From: Archaeoglobus sp. JdFR-37
GTDB taxonomy: Archaea; Halobacteriota; Archaeoglobi; Archaeoglobales; Archaeoglobaceae
Direction of reading: 5' to 3'
DNA: 54,036 bases
NCBI GenBank assembly: GCA_002010215.1
Contig: MTMY01000028.1
Coordinates: 1-54,036 of the forward strand
Part shown: one piece after another, positions 51,376 to 54,036 of the stretch
Numbering within the stretch: the first letter of the stretch is position 1
Layout of the letters: each line of letters opens with the position of its first letter
Translations under genes and position numbers: made by a program
Notes under the pieces: model-generated
What the model was told of the DNA's origin: nothing
Database searches by the model: none
Seen by the model: the letters and a program-made list of their open reading frames with translations, nothing else

Positions 51376-51984
51376 TCAAAAAATTTTAGCATAGCTTCTA
51401 TATGCCTGAAGAAGTTTTATTAGTTTGTCAAACGAATTGACACCATATTTCATAAGGCGTAGAAGTTGGATTTGAAAGATCTGGGCTGTTACAAATGCAT
51501 CTGCTAAAGCGTTGTGTCTGTAAGGAATCTTCACTTCATACTTCTCAGCAAGCCTGTCAAGGCTGTAGTCGCTTAGAACACCTCTTTCACCCAATCTGTC
51601 AGCTAGCCATTGCTCGATTTCTGCAATATCCAAGTGTTTGAATTCTATTTTAAATCCGGTTTTTTTGAGGTGCTTCCTAAGAAAGCTGGCATCAATTTCA
51701 ACTGCATGGCCAACGATAATGCTGTTTTCCAATCGCCTTACAATTTCCGGAGCTATAGAATCGAACTCAGGGGCGTTTTTCAAAGCGTCGGGGGTGAGTC
51801 CGTGGATGTGCATGGCTTTGACTTTACCCTCTGGTTTCAAAAGGGTGTAAAACGCATCGTAAGCGTGGATGCGGGTACCAGTCATGGGCACTATTGCAAT
51901 GGCCAAAATCTCATCCTTTCTGGTGTTCAGCCCCGTGGTTTCCACATCAACAACCGAGAACTTGGTTTCCCGAATACCGGTCAT
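51376..51984 (-). CDS. DEDDh 3'-5' exonuclease-family protein (DnaQ/RNase T-like)
   Basis: VVDVETTG ExoI, GHAVEID ExoII, HNALADA ExoIII; ATGA overlap with the upstream gene. Confidence 0.88.
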   Translation of the reverse strand: MTGIRETKFSVVDVETTGLNTRKDEILAIAIVPMTGTRIHAYDAFYTLLKPEGKVKAMHIHGLTPDALKNAPEFDSIAPEIVRRLENSIIVGHAVEIDASFLRKHLKKTGFKIEFKHLDIAEIEQWLADRLGERGVLSDYSLDRLAEKYEVKIPYRHNALADAFVTAQIFQIQLLRLMKYGVNSFDKLIKLLQAYRSYAKIF

Positions 51985-53762
51985 ATCCCATCCACCCTGA
52001 ATCTGGTCCTAAGATACCGCTGAAATTCTGAAATTATCTTGAACGACTCCTTGAGGAGTATAAAGCTCAATTTGTCCAGCTCGGATGATTTTAAGAGGTT
52101 ATTTTCCTCAAAAACCTGATGTTTGAGTCTGAGATCCTGAATGAACTCAAAGGATTCCCTTAAAGCATGGCTTCTTTCCCTTCCCATAATCTCTGAGGCG
52201 TATTCCAACCTCTCCACTGTATTTGTTACACCCAGCAATCCCTGCTCCACTGCGAGAACCCTAACGCCGTTAATAATAGGATATATACCATGCTTTTTGA
52301 GGTCAATTCCCTTTTCTATCCTCTTTATCCCGAAAAATCCAAGCGGGGGCTCTATGGATGTGGCATCTATGGCGAGGAATCTCAAGGCCTGGTTTGTTAC
52401 ACTTTCCCTGACATCTTCAAGAAGCTCTTCGTAAAGGGATATTTTGCCATAAATGGGGCGCATGTCTAGGAAGATTGAAAGGTAACGGACGTGTTCCGGT
52501 GTTGGCTCATCAAACCACTTTCGAAACATTTTTCTCCAATCATCTAAGTGGTAACACCATTTTTCAGCCATGTATCCTGCCTCACACATTGGAATGCCTG
52601 CCTCGCTGAGTATTCTGTTGACATGAGACGCGAACTCTTTCATGGATTCCAGATCTGAACAGATCAGCGCATTATCCTGATCAGTTGCGATAATCTGTTC
52701 TTTTCTCCCGTTACTACCCATGCTGACCCAGACAAAGTCGTCTTTGGTACCAGTTTCAGTTAAAGCCATCTCTATTGCCCTTACTGTGAGAGTATCATAA
52801 ACTGAGTTAATGAGTCTGGAAAGCTCATGGAAGTGGAGACCTTTATTGGAGAGCTCTGAAACGGATGATTTTAGTAGCTCAATACCTCTTTTTAGGTCTT
52901 CAACATCTCTTGCTTTTTTAATTCTCCTGTAAACAGCTATCAGTAATGCAGTGGGCTCGAATTCAGATAGGATATCTTTACTGGAAATCACTCCTTTCAT
53001 TTTTCCCTTATCTGTTACAACAAGATGATCGATTCCACTTTCCACGAGTTTCACATATGCTTCAAAAACCGGAGAGGATTTTTCAATGCTTATAACCGGG
53101 GATGACATGTACTCCTTTACGAGTGCGTTTGTTCTCCCATCTACAACCACCTTCTGGAGGTCATGATCTGTTAGTATGCCAACAGGATGGAATTCTCTAT
53201 CAACAATTACTACTGATCCTACTCTGTTCTCCATCATCTTTCTGGCAGCGTCTATTATGTTATCTTCAGCACTGCAAACAACAGGTTTCTTGTGAATAAT
53301 TGATGCAACGTCTTTTAAAAGAACCCTTTCCCCCGCATCGCTGGCTGTTTCATTGATTATATCCATGAAGCTCCTAAATTTTTTTGTCACGAATGTGCTA
53401 AAGAAAGAAGAAAACCTCTGATTCCTTTTGAACACCTCTTTGAACGCCTCCTTTCCGAACATGTAGCAGACAGTATCTTCAATAGCAATGGCGGAAAAGC
53501 TGGATGGAGTGTCGGATATGGTTGAGATCACTCCAAAAAGTTCTCCCTTTCCAATATGGTCAACCATTTCTCCATTCTGATAGATACCTACGGAGCCTGA
53601 GAAAATTAGGTAAACGTATTTCGAGATCTTTCCGGCATTAAGAATAACTTCTCCTTCCTCAAATATCTCTACTTCAAGATTGCTGAGAAGAATATTCAAC
53701 TCATCTTCCGAAAGAAAGGAGAAGGGTTTTATTCTTTTTAGAAACTCCTTGGGAGGAATCAT
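51981..53762 (-). CDS. cNMP-binding / CBS-pair / DUF294 putative nucleotidyltransferase
   Basis: cNMP fold (GELFG), two CBS domains, MGSNGRKEQIIATDQDNAL Pol-beta/GlnD-type motif, IDLKKHGIYPI..GVR helical domain. Confidence 0.88.
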   Translation of the reverse strand: MIPPKEFLKRIKPFSFLSEDELNILLSNLEVEIFEEGEVILNAGKISKYVYLIFSGSVGIYQNGEMVDHIGKGELFGVISTISDTPSSFSAIAIEDTVCYMFGKEAFKEVFKRNQRFSSFFSTFVTKKFRSFMDIINETASDAGERVLLKDVASIIHKKPVVCSAEDNIIDAARKMMENRVGSVVIVDREFHPVGILTDHDLQKVVVDGRTNALVKEYMSSPVISIEKSSPVFEAYVKLVESGIDHLVVTDKGKMKGVISSKDILSEFEPTALLIAVYRRIKKARDVEDLKRGIELLKSSVSELSNKGLHFHELSRLINSVYDTLTVRAIEMALTETGTKDDFVWVSMGSNGRKEQIIATDQDNALICSDLESMKEFASHVNRILSEAGIPMCEAGYMAEKWCYHLDDWRKMFRKWFDEPTPEHVRYLSIFLDMRPIYGKISLYEELLEDVRESVTNQALRFLAIDATSIEPPLGFFGIKRIEKGIDLKKHGIYPIINGVRVLAVEQGLLGVTNTVERLEYASEIMGRERSHALRESFEFIQDLRLKHQVFEENNLLKSSELDKLSFILLKESFKIISEFQRYLRTRFRVDGI

Positions 53763-53796
53763 GTAAAATCTGTATTAAACTATAGATTATAAAAAT

Positions 53797-54036
53797 TTAC
53801 CCAAGTATCTGCCTCGATATCAACAACTTCATAATCTCCGAAGTACCTTCAGCAATATCAATTATCTTGGCATCCCTGTAAGCCCTGTCCGCTGGAGTCC
53901 CTGCTATGATCCCATACCCCCCGTGTATCTCCACGGCCACATCTGCAGCCCTCTTAACCACTTCAGCAGCCTTGAGCTTGCACATCGCTCCCAACACAGT
54001 AGCGTCGCCTTGATTCGCAACCTCAGCCGCATAATA
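53797..54036 (-). CDS. Acyl-CoA dehydrogenase, C-terminal part (runs off the window)
   Basis: AMCKL, AVEIHGGYG, RAYRDAKI..I.EGTSEI. Confidence 0.88.
   Translation of the reverse strand, partial: YYAAEVANQGDATVLGAMCKLKAAEVVKRAADVAVEIHGGYGIIAGTPADRAYRDAKIIDIAEGTSEIMKLLISRQILG

Overview
54-kb window of an Archaeoglobales-type euryarchaeal chromosome, inferred from rps8e, rps17e, spt5, secE, pan, MBF1, elp3, a PurP-family gene and the gene order. It is mostly housekeeping: a Liv-type ABC importer with two acyl-CoA ligases, thiM-thiE, a carboxyltransferase, aroA/aroC, a trpCDEGF operon without trpBA, sucCD-sdhABCD, ftsZ-secE-spt5-rpl11, pyrC-cbiB, argS/trpS/cysS and dapAB. The right end carries an acyl-CoA dehydrogenase, a cNMP-CBS-nucleotidyltransferase, a DEDDh nuclease, a small membrane protein and a sodium:solute symporter. 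The most striking unannotated signal is a dispersed family of intergenic micro-ORFs. Three copies are exactly 13 codons (MKLRDGGGAEWDK, MKIRDGGGARWVG, MKLRDGGGAGWRG), two more carry in-frame 12-nt deletions, and one is a degenerate remnant. Their substitutions are almost all synonymous, which points to a selected micropeptide family. Also noted: a lone CRISPR-like half repeat near the left edge and many short tandem duplications at gene ends. All calls come from motif recognition by eye; no searches were run.
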